The notes beneath the pieces are model-generated. The model ran no database searches and was not told the origin of the DNA. It saw only the letters and a list, made by a program, of their open reading frames with translations. This document shows positions 14,200 to 27,520 of a stretch of 64,000 bases of DNA, in pieces (position 1 is the stretch's first letter; each line of letters opens with the position of its first letter). This stretch comes from Bispira polyomma. Its lineage: Eukaryota. The DNA is taken from NCBI GenBank assembly GCA_965649765.1, contig OZ287753.1, positions 78,120,001 through 78,184,000 on the forward strand, in the 5' to 3' direction. Position numbers and translations under genes: made by a program.

Positions 14200-15760
14200 T
14201 TTACTGTTAACGAAGCAACATTGGCCGGAGTTTTTGCCTAAGTATAATGGTAAATTTTAAAAATAAAAGTAGCTTATTTCGAGATTTTTGGTTATTTATT
14301 CATTTCTCTAGTAAAATCTGATATTTCAATCCAAGTCTGTATTAATTGTTATAAAAGCTATACCAAGTAATATTTCAAACACTGTAAGGCTGAACTGTGT
14401 ATCAATATGTTTAGCCATCCAGGTGTCAAGATTTTTCCAGAAATTAAATGAAGAAACACAATGAAATAAATGGTGTTCTAAGATATCTACGAGGTTCTTG
14501 TCACATTGTGGGTAGATTACAGATTCAGATATGTTCCATCCAACAAGTTTATCCCTGTAATTCAATGTACTGTGCAACACTTTATATTGGAAAAATTGCA
14601 GATAAGGTTCACAAGTTATCATATATGTTAGAGCAAAAATGTCATCCCAGTTTAAAACTTCTAGAAAAGGAAATAGGTCTATCCATGTAGTTAACAAAGT
14701 GGGTACTTTGCATTTCTTATTTACAAATTCTCAATAGATATCTTTGAGGGGTTTTACTCTCCCTGCAATATTTATATACATAACATCTTCAACTATGATA
14801 TCCTTTGGATTACATGTTTTAATTCTCTCTAGCCAATATTTTTGAAATGCCTTTTTAACGCCATAGTACTCTAAAAGTGTTATTTTTAACTGAAGTTTTG
14901 ATCGAAGTGACTCAAACAGTAGCACATCCCATCTGGAATCTAAAATATCTTTAAGTTTAATTATTGTTGACCAATCTTTAATTTTCACAATTGAGCTGTT
15001 GATATACGACTTCTCTTTTCGCAAGAATTGATTATAAAGTAAAAATTCATTTATTATATCATTGGTATTGCTTGATGGCCTTGATTGAAAACCACCCATT
15101 CAGTATTTTCTGATAGAATGTGGTTTTTGCAACCTGATAACTTTTCTTTGGTAGTTTGAAATTAAGCTTTTCCTGTCCCATGTTTAAAAATTCCCGGGAC
15201 AAATATTTCCATTTTCTTACAGTTTTGTCAGTTAGCCTCTTTATCTAGATTATTTTTGTACATCATGAATGCAGTAGATATCTGGCATCTTTAAATCACC
15301 TTTAAATCATCTTAATCTTTTTAAGATCTTTTTAAACATTTATAGAGAACTACAACATCTGTTTTATCTAAAATTAGGTTTTGGCCAGAAATCAATCTAA
15401 AATTATAAAATAAGTTGATTGCTCTTTCTAATGACTTTACATCTTCTTAAAATAAAGTACTGTCATCAGCTAATTGTATTATTTTGTATTTTTCTTCATT
15501 AATTTTAATTCCTTTGATGTTGCAGCTCTCTTTATTGCCAAAAAAAGAGACTATTCAGTTACAAGAATAAAGAGTAATATAGAAATAGGACAACCTTGCC
15601 TTATACCTCTACTTAATTCAAAATCATTTGCTAGGTACCCATTATTAGACACACATGAGAACATATTTTGATATCAAAGTTTGATCCATTTAACAAAGTT
15701 TTCATCAAAGTAAAATACCTGTAAACCTGATCGAAACATACTGAAATTCAAACTTACTGA
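14200..15760 (-). mobile_element. L1/Tx1-clade LINE ORF2 fragment, decayed
   Basis: Minus strand reads NNGY...RGIRQGCPIS and QLADDST, with a C-terminal FQYKVLH...QC...EHHLFHC zinc knuckle. Confidence 0.8.
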
Positions 15761-16589
15761 AACTTAATATCTGTTTTTATGTTTTCTGCATATATATTAA
15801 CTGCATTTTGTATGAAGTTATTCAATGTATCTATTGCCTGGATACGTTTGACTGGAGAAGGTATCTTTGGACCAAACAATGGCCATGGAAATTCTAATCA
15901 TGGCAAATGCAGTTGATGACACAACTTTATGGCCTCATTCTCAAAATATGGGCTTCTTTGGTACAATAAATTATTTAGTTACTCTGTGTTTTGTCACTTT
16001 CAGATGTATAGATTTAGAGTTAAGTAAGTACTGGACACTGTTAGTATTATAAACTGACCAAAATGTGTATTTGTTTTACTTTTTATTTCTAAAACTACTT
16101 TTTGATTTGGTACAGCATAGCAAAGTTAACCATAGTTGTCTTTTTAAGAAAGACACACAGTGTGTGTTTCACTAACATTGATATGGCCATGCAAATCTCA
16201 CACCCCTCATTTTGGTCGATTGCTTCCAACCAATCTATGAAGGTATTACATATTATTTCTAAGATGGCGGCACACTTTTTAATGGCGGTGCCCTTTTTAA
16301 AATAACAAGAACAACAGGCTGCGTCTGATAAAAAATAATCTTTATTTGTCCACTAGTGATCACTGACTAGGTTAAGTACTTAATAGCTATATCAACTTTG
16401 ACAGGATTTTAGCTTATAAGCCATAAGCTAGTAAAATGAGGTTGTTTGTGACAATAGTTCAACATTCTCACAATTAGTGCTGACTTTACACCATTTCACT
16501 GTCTTGTTGTATGTGTCTATATAATATTATGGATTGTCCATAAACAGTATATATAGCTTTGTACCTAAATGTAATTTAAAGTTTGTAAT

Positions 16590-16852
16590 GTTTTTTTGTT
16601 TTTTTTTTAATTTGTATATTTAACGTCCACTCTAGTACCTGTTTAGGTTATATTGGGACAGGTAGTTGGAAACGCTGGAGGAAACACTGCATACAGTTGA
16701 TCAAGGTTCTGCACTGAAACCAGCGGCCCACAATAAGGAACTACCACCTTTCCCACATAGGCATCGACAGGATTTAAACTCACGCAGCCCAGATGTGAGA
16801 GACCAGTGATTTTGAAGCACAATGCTTGCTAACCACTAGGCCACCGCGGCCC
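16590..16852 (-). mobile_element. Full-length tRNA-derived SINE
   Basis: Head GGGCCGCGGTGGCCTAGTGG (A box) and a degenerate B box (GTTTAAATCC), A-rich tail, TSD-like aaa(g/c)tttgtaatgt on both flanks. Confidence 0.9.
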
Positions 16853-16864
16853 AAAACTTTGTAA

Positions 16865-17120
16865 TGTATGCAGGCTTCAACTAAATATAAGATTGAAACT
16901 TGTAGTGTCAGATAATATGTAGCCTTGACCCAAATATAAGGTGAAAGTTTGTAGTGTCAATCAGATAATATATAAGGTTGAATTTTCCAATGTCAAACAG
17001 TATATGGACACATAAACTAAGTATAAGGCACGCTAAAGTTGTAAAGTCAAACAATATGCAGCCTTGTTGCTATAAAAATAAAAAAATATAAAATATAAAA
17101 GTATGATGCCTTGGCCTAAA
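16865..17120. repeat. Degenerate ~40-50 bp minisatellite
   Basis: About 4-5 copies of tataag.ttgaaa.ttgtagtgtca..ataatatg.agccttg. Confidence 0.6.
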
Positions 17121-18003
17121 GGTAAAGTTGTTATTGCCATACACAACCTGATTTTTAATCAAGTTGGTCACATGTTGCCATTCCATACTGTTGTGAACAT
17201 TTGAGGAACAAGTTCCATAATGTTGCAGACAATCCAGAGAGCAAATGGACTATTTCATAACTTCGTGAAATTTTAGTGCATATGACTGTTGGTTGAAATC
17301 CTACATTCTGTCTAGCACAAAAGATTACATCATGTAAATTAAAATGGAAACTAAATCTAATTTTTACCGTCATTTGTGTATTAATTCTTTAGAAATTTGT
17401 TTTCAAAGTATGCTAAAACTGGCCTTGGGATTAACATGTCTCGTACTTTTGATAACTGAAACTACTCCCGTAAATATGAAATACAATCTGGATTCAAGTT
17501 GATCACGATCTAACACAATCTTAGTTAAAACATGAAAGTCAAGTGGGGGCAGCAATACAAAAAGAAAAAGCTTTAAATCCACGGAGAATTTAATTAATTT
17601 CAGTAATATGATTTTTTTTTCAAAGTGGGAGTATCATCCTATTATAAGCACAACTTCAATGAGGATGCGGACGCTTGTTGCATACACGCAACATCCTTAA
17701 TTTTTATTGGTTGAGGCATGGTCACATGACCTGTGACATAATTTGAATGTTACCCTCTTGAGAGGCTGACATTAGTAGTATTCGATTGTCAATTTACCTT
17801 TTTTGTCTGGGTTGTGCACAATTTTCTGAATTTTGTAGCTTCATTCAAAATACGATTTTATTAAGTTATAAACGATAATATGAAAACCTAAGACAAACAG
17901 CCAATCAGATTGCAGCATATGTGGTAAGCACAAATGTTCCCAATATTTTTTGTGTAAAGTTTGTGCTCAACGAAAATCTTTATAGTGAAGAATCGTGCTT
18001 AAT

Positions 18004-18558
18004 GGCCTTGTCACACCTACACTTTCTAACGTCCCACAATGTAGCAAAGCAATATAAACTGAAAATGTGGTAGTTTCATGTCAAAGTGACGTCATTTTCA
18101 AAAAGGTGTAGTCGATTGTGACGATTCGTGACAATGTTGGTACTTTTACACACGGAGCAAGGGCAAAAACACTTTACTGGTAGAATATCACTACCTACTA
18201 GTACGTAGAGCTACTGTACTTCTACTTCCTGCTGCGTTCTGCTACTTAGTGAAATGTTCCGCGAGAAATACAGTTGAGTGGAGACGAAAAGCTATGTTAT
18301 GTTACTTATACAGACAAGCGGGGATATCCTCAAGAAACGGAGAGTTCTGCCACGATTATTTCAAACAGTTTGAAACAATCGTGGCAGCGGACCAAACGAG
18401 GACGTTTCCAGAATGATATCATCCATCAAACAACGTCATGGACCAAACGCATCAGGGATCCTCACATTGTCATTACATTCTACTGCGTTTATACTAACTT
18501 TCAAAACAGTTCAAAAGGTCACACACGTAGCTCCAGCACGTGTAGGTGTGACCGGGCT
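18004..18558. mobile_element. PIF/Harbinger-like MITE
   Basis: TIRs ggccttgtcacacctacac / gtgtaggtgtgaccgggct with TAA/TTA-type flanks. Confidence 0.7.
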
Positions 18559-19178
18559 TTAACGGGGGAAAATTTGCTCAACTGGGAAACATGTGCTTAA
18601 CTAGGAAAATGTGTTTAATTAGGGAAAATGTGCTTAACAGAGGAAAATGTGCTTAACAGCAGAAATTGTGGTTAACAGGGTAAATTTGCTCAACTGGGGA
18701 AAACATGCTTAACAATTAAAATGTGTTTAATAGGATAAAATGTGCTTAACAGGGAAAATGTGCTGAACAGAGAAAATGTGTTTAGGGGGGAAATGTTTTT
18801 AACGGGGAAAATGTGTTTAACAGGGAGAAATGTGCTTAACTACGGAAAATGTGCTTAACTGGGGAAAATGTGCTTAACAGTGGGAAATGTGGTTAACAGT
18901 GGGAAATGTGCTTAACAGTGGGAAATGTGGTTAACTGGGGAAAATGAACTTAACAGTGGGAAAATGGGCTTAACAGGGGAAAATGTGTTTAACGGGGAAA
19001 AATGAGCTTAACAGGGAAAACTTAACAGGGGAAAATTAACAGGGGAAAATGTTCTTACAGGGGAAAATGTGCTTAACAGGGGATGATGTGAAAATGTGGT
19101 TAACAGGGGATAATGTGGTTAACGGGCGAAAATATGTTTAACAGGAAAAAATGGTTAACAGGGAAAAATATACTTAAG
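18559..19178. repeat. ~19-20 bp minisatellite (AAAATGTGCTTAACAGGGG), about 30 copies
   Basis: Tandem units are directly visible. Confidence 0.95.
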
Positions 19179-20684
19179 AGTTCAGCAAATCGAACACACC
19201 TATTGAGAAACTCTTAGCAAATATAAATATGGCAATGGGTGGATTCGATTGGGGCAGTGGGTTCTCTGTTCTCTTGACTGGGACCATTTCTAATCTTCTG
19301 AAGATTCTTATGCTTTCCTAAAGTTTCTGCGAGAAACGTTTACAAATCGCATGGCCAAATATTTTTAACAGTTACTTTTTGAAGTAATAATTATGTATTT
19401 AAATAGGCTAAAATATACTCAAATGAGAACAATTACATAATAAAGGTGTATATTATGTTATAAATATGTATTTATATCTTAAAAAGAAATATTTTCAGAA
19501 CTCTTTTGAAAACATATACAATCTTGTACATACATTTTGAAAGGAGCCATTTCGGTTGGAAGTTTCCGTTTCTAGAAAGACATACACCCACCCCCCCCCA
19601 CCCCCCCCCCACCCCACCCCGATCTAATTTAGCCGATGATCAAATCAAAGTCTTTAAAATATAGAAATATATGCAACAATTGTTATACAGACAGGGTATG
19701 TCGGCTTTGCCACTGGTAAATTATGTCACAAACTATAAGAATTGTTAGACAGTGCATAACATTATATCAACGCATCAACACATTCTATTATTTACATAAA
19801 TTCAAAACAAATGGTAAAAACCACTTTGCTGTTAATTTATTCGTAAGAATCCAGACTTTATCAAAACGAAAACCAACCACAAAAGAGGAGTTCAAAATAT
19901 GGTGGATACAGCCAAAGGGCCTCAATGTAAAATCAGGTTTTGGATCTAGTTAGTATGAATTTAGTTGGTTTTTTAGTTGTTTTTCAACAGTTCAGGTCAT
20001 ATCTTGACAGCCAGATTCAATGGCGAAAGAAACAGGTGGTGAATCCGCTGTAAACGACCGACCCACCACTTTCAAGACTTGGAAACTTTCCTTGGATATT
20101 GCCAGCTTGATGAATGCGCCTTAGAATCTACAAAAATGGAGATTAGGTGCTATAAAAGTTTTATTCGATTGTTAACATGTTAAACAAGTAGGACAATATT
20201 TTGTCCAGATATTAGGGGTATTAATGATTAGTATAATTATACAAGCATTGCGAAAATAAAGATAATATTATTGGATGAACTAACTGCAATACATACAGTT
20301 AATTCAACTTGTCATCTTTTTTGTCTGAGAAATTTTAATTTAATTACTTGAGACCCCAAAGCAACACCGTGATTGCGAGATTGTTATTAAAATGTGCTGC
20401 AGAGGCGACAGTTGTCATTTTTTCCTTGTTTGGCCAATGAGCTTGAACAGTAAAATTTGTGAAATAATTAAAAAGTGAAACTTGATCGTGTCTATTAATT
20501 TTTTTCTTCGTGTAAAAAATGTATAACATTCAAAATTAATTTGAGTTTATTCGTTCTAGAAATATTGTCAAAAATAGTAAAACTTTTACAAAAAAAATTT
20601 TTTTTTTAAAATTTCTACTTAAAAAAAAGCAGTAAAAATAAAGATAAAAATGGTAAAACACCCATCACCAAGTAGCATACTTAC

Positions 20685-20766
20685 CTATCTGTAGTGAAGC
20701 TGTAAAACATAGTAGTGACACCACAAGGGAGGTGTATCCTCTTTGTTCACAATTAACATTAGCCAT
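20685..20766 (-). CDS. Putative first coding exon of a secreted or membrane protein (MANVNCEQRGYTSLVVSLLCFTASLQI+G)
   Basis: ATG at 20766, 27 codons + 1 nt, hydrophobic core LVVSLLCFTA, perfect donor AG|GTAAGT (phase 1). No downstream exon was recognised in the window. Confidence 0.4.
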
Positions 20767-21741
20767 GACTTTGTTTTTATCTGAGTTTTGTATTCAGTCA
20801 ATTTCTTTCTTTTTATCTCTGTCACAAACACACACACACACACACTTTCCCGCCACTAGCTAAATGTCGTCTGCCTGATGATCAAACAAACACCACCAAT
20901 GACATCTCACCCTGCGATACTTTCTCCTGGAGTTTTAGTTTTGTGGCTGCTCTTAAAACAACCCTTTCACGTCTTTTTTAATTTTATGAGGCACAGCCTG
21001 ATAATTTTTATTCTTAACATTGCGCCGCCATCTTTGAAAAGGGCACCCCCATCTTAGGAATAATATTTAAGGCCTTGGCCGATTGGCAGCAATCGACTAG
21101 TCGAAACTTATGGGTGTCGCACTTTGTGACTGTGTCTTTTTAAAAGACAACTTCTTTTCTGCTTTTTTGCCTTAACATTCGTCTGCTGGTTACAACTGAA
21201 CTCTGATCACAAACCTTTTCACCTATCGTACTATTCTTTTATGTATATTGGCTGGGAATTTGTGCCATAGAGGATGGCTTGTCATTGAATTGTGGTGCTA
21301 TAGAAGTAAAACATTAATATTTTTTCCTCCATCTAAATTTTTTGACAAAACTTTTCAGTAAACAATCTTGCATCACAAGAAACTACATATATTTGCTTTA
21401 TCTTCACTTTACTTGTAATCTATTATTAATTATCACATTTTGAAAAAATTTTCAAATTAGCCTTTTCACACTGGGGCCAAATAACACATTCGTGCTGTGA
21501 TGAGCTATTGTAATTACTAACGTAGGACTGTGATTTCAATAGGTGACAACATGTTAATTTAACACATTTGAAATGTCAAGCCTACCACAAAGACACACAA
21601 GCTTAAGCCTTTTAACAGCTATATATTTGTTTATTGTAAATATATATATATATATATGAAATCTAATTTCTAATCTTTGATGTTAGACTAGGAGAAGTGA
21701 GAAATATTCATTAGTAATTGACATTACAACCAGTCATTTAG

Positions 21742-21975
21742 AGGCCGGGGTGCCCAAGTGGTTAAAAGTGCCTGCTTCACAATCACTGGCCTTTCACCAA
21801 TGTAAGTTCAAATCTTGTTTGTTTGTAAATGTAGGAAGGTTTGTTAGGTACTTGATGTAGAGTCGCTGGTTCACACAGCAGCTTCAAGTCTGGTTTCCTC
21901 CACTATTGAGTCTGGTTGTTGTAATCTGACCTAAGCTGTTGAAAGTGACGTAAAACACAACTAAATTCAAATACA
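21742..21975 (+). mobile_element. tRNA-derived SINE (V-like), diverged
   Basis: ggccggggtgcccaagtggtt..gttcaaatc head, tggtttcctccac core, gttgaaagtgacgtaaaac tail. Related copies at ~26575-26730, 44545-44845, 44925-45135 (-), 46975-47160, 47697-47925 and 58170-58350. Confidence 0.8.
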
Positions 21976-22540
21976 ACCAATTATTATAGTACTAAGTACA
22001 AGATATCCATTTCCAGTTAAACTACCAGCTTTGTGCAAAAGTAAAAAAGTTCAATTATATATATATATATATATAAAAATATATGGATCTTGCTCGAAAA
22101 GTGAAACTTGATGCACTAAAACTACCAAATCAGTAATCCAGAAAAAAGTGACCATAACTTTTTTTACGGTTCCAAATTTATGACTATGAATTAAGTTCAT
22201 CCCCCTAGTCGCATTAGTGAATACAAGAAAATGACTGGAACTGTTTTATATTCTAGCATTTCTGAACATTTAGATTTCAAACTTTGAAGACACCTGTCAA
22301 CTGTTCTTATAATAATTAACTATTAAATATTTAGGTACTGTATGTTGAAAATAAACACATTTTGAGTAATTGCAATAAAAATTGATCATTGTATGCCAAA
22401 TAAGGGTTTAGCCATAATGCAACGTACGCACCCAGTAATCCCTTAACCGTATAAGGAGGGGTAAACTGATGCAAGTGGCTTTTCAGGTAACAGTGGACAA
22501 GGTTGAAAACAAACATAAAACCCCTTAGTGGAGTATATAA

Positions 22541-23300
22541 TAATAATAAATCAGACTTTTTAGCGCTTATTTTTGTTGTAACAAATTCTAATGCGCAAAA
22601 AACCACAGCCAGAGCCAAAAATCATTGGTGATAGACAGAAGGAAGTCGTCACCAATAACAGGAAATAGACTATGGAGGGAATGCATCATTGAAGAGATAG
22701 ATCTTTAAACTGCACCGGAAGTAATACAGGGACGGAGCTGTCCTAATGGGATGAGGCAAACTATTTCTTAGGGTAGGGGCATCATTTGCAAAACTTTTAT
22801 CAAAGTGAACCTTTGACCTGTGTACTTTGGACTTATATTTTGGAACAAGAAGGAATCTATTTTTGGGAGCAGCTTTCCTGGTATTGATATTACACTTGTA
22901 GTAACTCAAGTGTGGTTCAAAGTATTTAGGCAAACCTGAATCAAGAAACTTATATACTATTGTAGCAGTTTTAAAAACACACTGATACCTAAGGGAGCCA
23001 GTGGAGTGACTTCAGAATTGGTGAAGCAAGTGAAAGCCGAGCAGAACAACTGACCAGATGTGCCAATAAATTCTGGAGGCATTGCCATTTATTTAGGTCC
23101 TTTTTGGTCAAGCTACGACACAGTGATTTGCCGTAGTCCAGTCTGCTACCAACCAAAGCATTTGCTGCAGTTATTGCAACCGATTTTGGAAGGTACCTCC
23201 TGATTCTCCTAAGGTCTCTAAGACACATGAAGCATGACTTACACACTGACTGAATATGACTAAAACACACCACAGAAATATAAAATTGCAGACAGACATA
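22541..23300 (-). mobile_element. L2-clade LINE 3' fragment (RT remnants continue to ~23640)
   Basis: ANALVGSRLDY, LHWLP, SFANDAP, LKIYLF..AFPP, a gcgc..aagcgcta tail and (TTA)n. Confidence 0.9.
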
Positions 23301-23889
23301 CAAGTTCTGGGAGTAGGAAATGCTGTAGGTCGGCTGCTAATGTACAATGTAGAGGTCAAAAGGGTTTAGACACCGCTACTAAATCTATTGGTAAATTAGA
23401 TTTTAAAAAATTGTTTAACTTATACCCCAGAAGTTTGATGTGACAATCAATTAATCTGTGTGAGTCCAAAAATATCAGCCACATCAGAGTAAAGGTGTGT
23501 TTTTGGTCAACTAGAAGATAAGAATTTGAACATTCTGGCTTCACCCATTATCAAAAGCATTGCTATAAGGTTTCATTTTGTCTGCAACATATTCCTGATT
23601 ACAAAATAACTCATAAATTGTACTACAGATTCAGTAAGGTGCTTGACTTAACATTTTTATGAAGTCACATTTTATGGATCAAACAATGTTTCATATTTAC
23701 TTAAATTTCAGTAAATTAAAACAGAAAATTTGTCTTTAAACAATGTGCACCTAAAAATATAATATTTCTGTTCCACAATGTCTTGTTGAAGAATCAGATT
23801 ATCTAAAGATGTTCCTTTACTTAAAGCAACAACTAATGATATATTTTTATATCAGGCACTGTGTCTGTTGTTGTTTTCACTCTGATCCA

Positions 23890-24135
23890 GGCGCGCCAAT
23901 TAAAAGGGCGCCGCCATTTTAGAAATAATATGTAAGGCCCTTCATGGATTAGTTGGAAGCAATTTACCCCGTCCAAACTAAGGGGTGTGTGATTAATATT
24001 ATCAGGCACAACTGCCATGTTAGAAATAATATGTAAGGCCTTTATAGATTGGTTGTAAGCAATCTACTTGGTCAATCTGATAAAGTGTGAGTCACACTGT
24101 GCAATAATGTTCATTTTAAAAAGACAACTCTTGTT
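23890..24135 (+). repeat. Dispersed ~150-250 bp unclassified repeat (ggcgccgccattttagaaataatatgtaaggcc ... aaaagacaactc)
   Basis: Other copies at ~1585-2355 (split), 3095-3262, 16140-16300 (-) and 21022-21155. Confidence 0.7.
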
Positions 24136-24749
24136 TGCCATTATAACTATCTTTATACTATTCCAAGTATCTGTGTCCAGGACAGAGAAGAAAAACACCC
24201 TCTTTATATCTCCATTAAATACAAAAGCTTTTTGAGTTTCTCTGCTTGTGTTCAGCTCATCTTTTTTACAACTGCTCTTTAAGTGGTACACCTCCCCCCC
24301 CCCCCCCCCCGCCTCTTACAAAGTAAGAGGTACAAAAACTAAGCCTATAAAGACACGGATCTGACATGACCTCATTTTGCCAACAAAACGAGGCTCTGCT
24401 CACTCACGTGACGAAATAGCTGTGGGAAAACCTATCTGGTTACTTGATTGCAAAGCATCAAACAGCAATTAATCCTGTGTGGGTGTATTGACAATGTTTT
24501 TCACAATCTAAGAGGCACTGTGAACGATTTACAACTCTGCTTCAAAGTGGGGGGTTGGGGTGGGGGGGGGGGGGGTAAAGAAGTCCAAATGTGAAAGTCA
24601 AATGGTCTAACATGCTTCTCAACCTTGTATGATTTGCTTCAAATTTATACTCATTTATATTCAAAATGGTAATTAAAGGGCTTATTTCCTTGATTGGCCC
24701 AAGTATAACCAACCAGCACCAGTAACTGTAATTCTCTTAAAGTGAACAC

Positions 24750-24932
24750 AGAGGCTTGTTGATGACCATTTAGTTAACGTACCCCAAGCCACTGGAGATA
24801 TGAAGCAATGATCCAGGATGGGACCATTTTAAGTGGTCATCAAAGCCACAATGTATCTGTATTCACCTGGTGGACCCCCAGGTTGGGATTGAACCCATGT
24901 CCTCTATGGTAAAAAGCCAGTGTGTTACCCAC
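24750..24932 (-). mobile_element. tRNA-derived SINE, second family (Meta-like core)
   Basis: Reverse strand has a ggttcaatccc B box and the gatgaccacttaaaatgg core shared with 48050-48320. Confidence 0.6.
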
Positions 24933-24993
24933 TTGTGTTAATGCTGTCAGTTCTGGACAGTTCTGTCAGTTGTAGACAAAAGTTCCACATTAA

Positions 24994-25212
24994 CCCTTTC
25001 GACACATTTCTGGTGCACTAGCAGTCGACATCATTTATTACTTAAATAGCCTATGTCTGTCGGCAAGCTGTCAACACCCTAAAAATATCATTTTATTTTC
25101 CTTCAGTTCCTCGAAATAGAAAATTGTTAGTAAAGCAGACTGAAATCTGTAACCTGTTGTGGAAAAAATTCCTACATTTCCCGGCATTAGTTTTCTGTGA
25201 GGGTTAAAAGGG
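24994..25212. mobile_element. piggyBac-type MITE
   Basis: TTAA|CCCTTT ... AAAGGG|TTAA. Related inverted copies at ~50930-51184 and ~59340-59570. Confidence 0.8.
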
Positions 25213-25732
25213 TTAATTTCACATCTACGTATATAGAGGCATGTCCCTGAAGTTACATCACAGAATATGTGCTATACCCATAAAATTTATACCATAAAAG
25301 AATAGCAATAAGCATTACATTAATAGTTCACACCAAAGTTTATTAGCACTGCGATTTGAGAATCATATTAAATTTCAAATCAGGGGCCATGCATTTGGCT
25401 ACAGTATGTGGGCATTACATATCTGATTTACAGAAACTATCTTTCCTCGTAGTTAAAACAAGTCGCTTGTGATTGTAGATGTTTTATAAGCAGCTCTGTA
25501 GGCATCATTATAGTGTCAATATTTCAAAAATGAAGGTATTATGTTGAATTGTTTGTGACCAGTACAATGGTTGTTAACATCTAGTATGTGGGAGTGTTAA
25601 TGATTACCTAGACACCGCTCAGGAGCTTCATCTGGATATGTTTGTTTTAAATATCTAGGCTTCTGCCATTCCTATGACTAATGTTAATTTACTATTTAGC
25701 CTGTGGAAACCAATTACTAACATAGTAAGGTA

Positions 25733-25985
25733 TTATTATTATTATATACAAACTTTTTATGCGCTTAAGTTTGATGTGTATCAAATTCTAAGGCGCAATA
25801 AGACATACTGGGTAGAGGCAATGTCATAAGTCCGTGGGAAAAAAGAGGTCGGCATCAGAAAGCGTTTGCGCAACCAGAGGAGAAGGTGCTAGGGAGGGTA
25901 AGCTTCGTAAAACAGGTCAGTCTTGAGCTCACACCTGAAAGATGACAATGTTGGGGCAGATCGTACAACAAGTGGGAGGCTGTTC
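25733..25985 (-). mobile_element. L2-type LINE 3' tail fragment
   Basis: gcgccttagaat..aagcgc tail plus (AAT)n, the same tail family as the other L2 copies. Confidence 0.7.
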
Positions 25986-26036
25986 CAAAGTCTAGGTCCG
26001 TCATTTGCAAATTTGCCAATTTAGTAAAGCAAAACA

Positions 26037-26462
26037 TATGAAATTTCTTTTGAGGGTTTCTTAAAAACTAATCTCGCAATTACGACTTATAAATTTTTAT
26101 TTGGTTTTTAAATAAAACCTATCTCATAATTATAACAGTAATTCGTTAGTATGAAATAAAAAATTTGGTTTTTAAAACTTTATCACATTATTACGACTTA
26201 ATTACGTGTAATTAAAAAATATAATATTCAAAAACAGGAAACTCAATTTTTTTGTCTCTTGTAATTAAAACTTTAGTCATTAGTAATTTATCTTTAAAAA
26301 AGAAACCATATATTTATTATCTCATAATTAGTATCTCGTAATTACGAGGTATTTGTCTCGTTATTACAGCTTACTATCTTACTATTTGCGAAATAGTATT
26401 TTTTTAAATGGGAAAGTTGGAAAAGATTTGTTTTAGTTTTACTTTTGTAATGGGTTTCCATA
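26037..26462. mobile_element. MITE-like element with internal ctcgtaattacgag-type repeats
   Basis: Repeated tctc(g/a)taattacga units and a gggtttccata end. TIR match is weak. Confidence 0.5.
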
Positions 26463-27089
26463 GGGTCTATCACTAGGGTACGTGTCACTATAATATTAGA
26501 TTTCTTTTGACAAAGATTTAGCAATGTGATATTTAAACCGATCAATTTTCACTTATTTTGAGTTCAAATATTGTCTCACCTTTGCAGTTGTAGGTTCGAA
26601 TCTCGGACCTTGCGTGTATGTGCAAAAGTTGGCCAAGTACCCTGCTCTGATTTCCCCCACCACTGAACTGCCCGTCGCGTTATGCCAGAAGACGTTTTAA
26701 AAGTTACATTAACCCCACACTGAATTAAAATACTCTCGAGCAGTCAGTCTTTGAAGAACTGTAATGATTGATTGTGTACTAATACGAGTTTCATTTAATT
26801 ATGGTATTTATAGTAACTTTTTAGTATCCTTCAGTCAGGGATTTGATTATCTGTGTTTTTCACGTGTGAAGTTTCGAAACGCGTCCATTTGAAAGAAAAA
26901 ACACTATAACATTTCTTCAGTTTCAAGTTTACAGTGTTATGGAGGACTTAATAACCAGAATATAGGCGCTTCAGACGAAAATAAAGGAATTTTTTTTTAA
27001 AAAGCCTTATATATGTGTGATTATCTGTGTTTTTCGCCGGTCGTTAATGTTCAGATGATGTAAAAAGAACTCTTTTCTAAAGTTTCTGC

Positions 27090-27520
27090 TGTAATTTATA
27101 CTGTGAACAACTATGGTGTAAATTTAGTAGAGCCTCTGAAAATAAGATTCGTGTAGCTCATAATAAAGGCTTGAGAAAATTCTTAGGCTACGCAAATGGC
27201 AGTTATAGCTACAGCCCTAGCCAAATGTTTGTGGATAACAATATTGATCATTTTAGTTCGATAATCATAAAAACAATGTATGGTTTTGTACAACGTGTCA
27301 CAACCAGTAAAATTTGTTCAGTTAACTGTGTGTCTAGCTGTGTTGATTATTATGCTAGTTCATTCATGACTAAATAAATCAATTGTAACAATTAATATAA
27401 TATAATATTACTAAAACATAATTATTGTACCACAGGTTATACAAAGCCCCATTTTTCTTATTTTTATTTTTTATACATTTATCTAATTTCACATGGACTA
27501 GTTCAGTCTGCAATAAAGGA
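27090..27520 (+). mobile_element. Non-LTR retrotransposon 3' end (RTE-X-like)
   Basis: LYCEQLWCKF...KIRVAHNKGLRKFLG...SPSQMFV followed by an aataaa/A-rich tail. Confidence 0.55.

Noticed and set aside
17155-17373. Second exon for the signal-peptide exon
   Set aside because: The best acceptor gives an immediate stop. The alternative acceptor has a poor pyrimidine tract and no recognisable domain.
18274-18600. 108-aa ORF as a gene
   Set aside because: It has a non-ATG start, lies inside a MITE, runs into the minisatellite and shows no motifs.
18559-19178. CRISPR array or telomeric repeat
   Set aside because: There are no unique spacers, the context is eukaryotic, and the unit is a 20-mer rather than TTAGGG.
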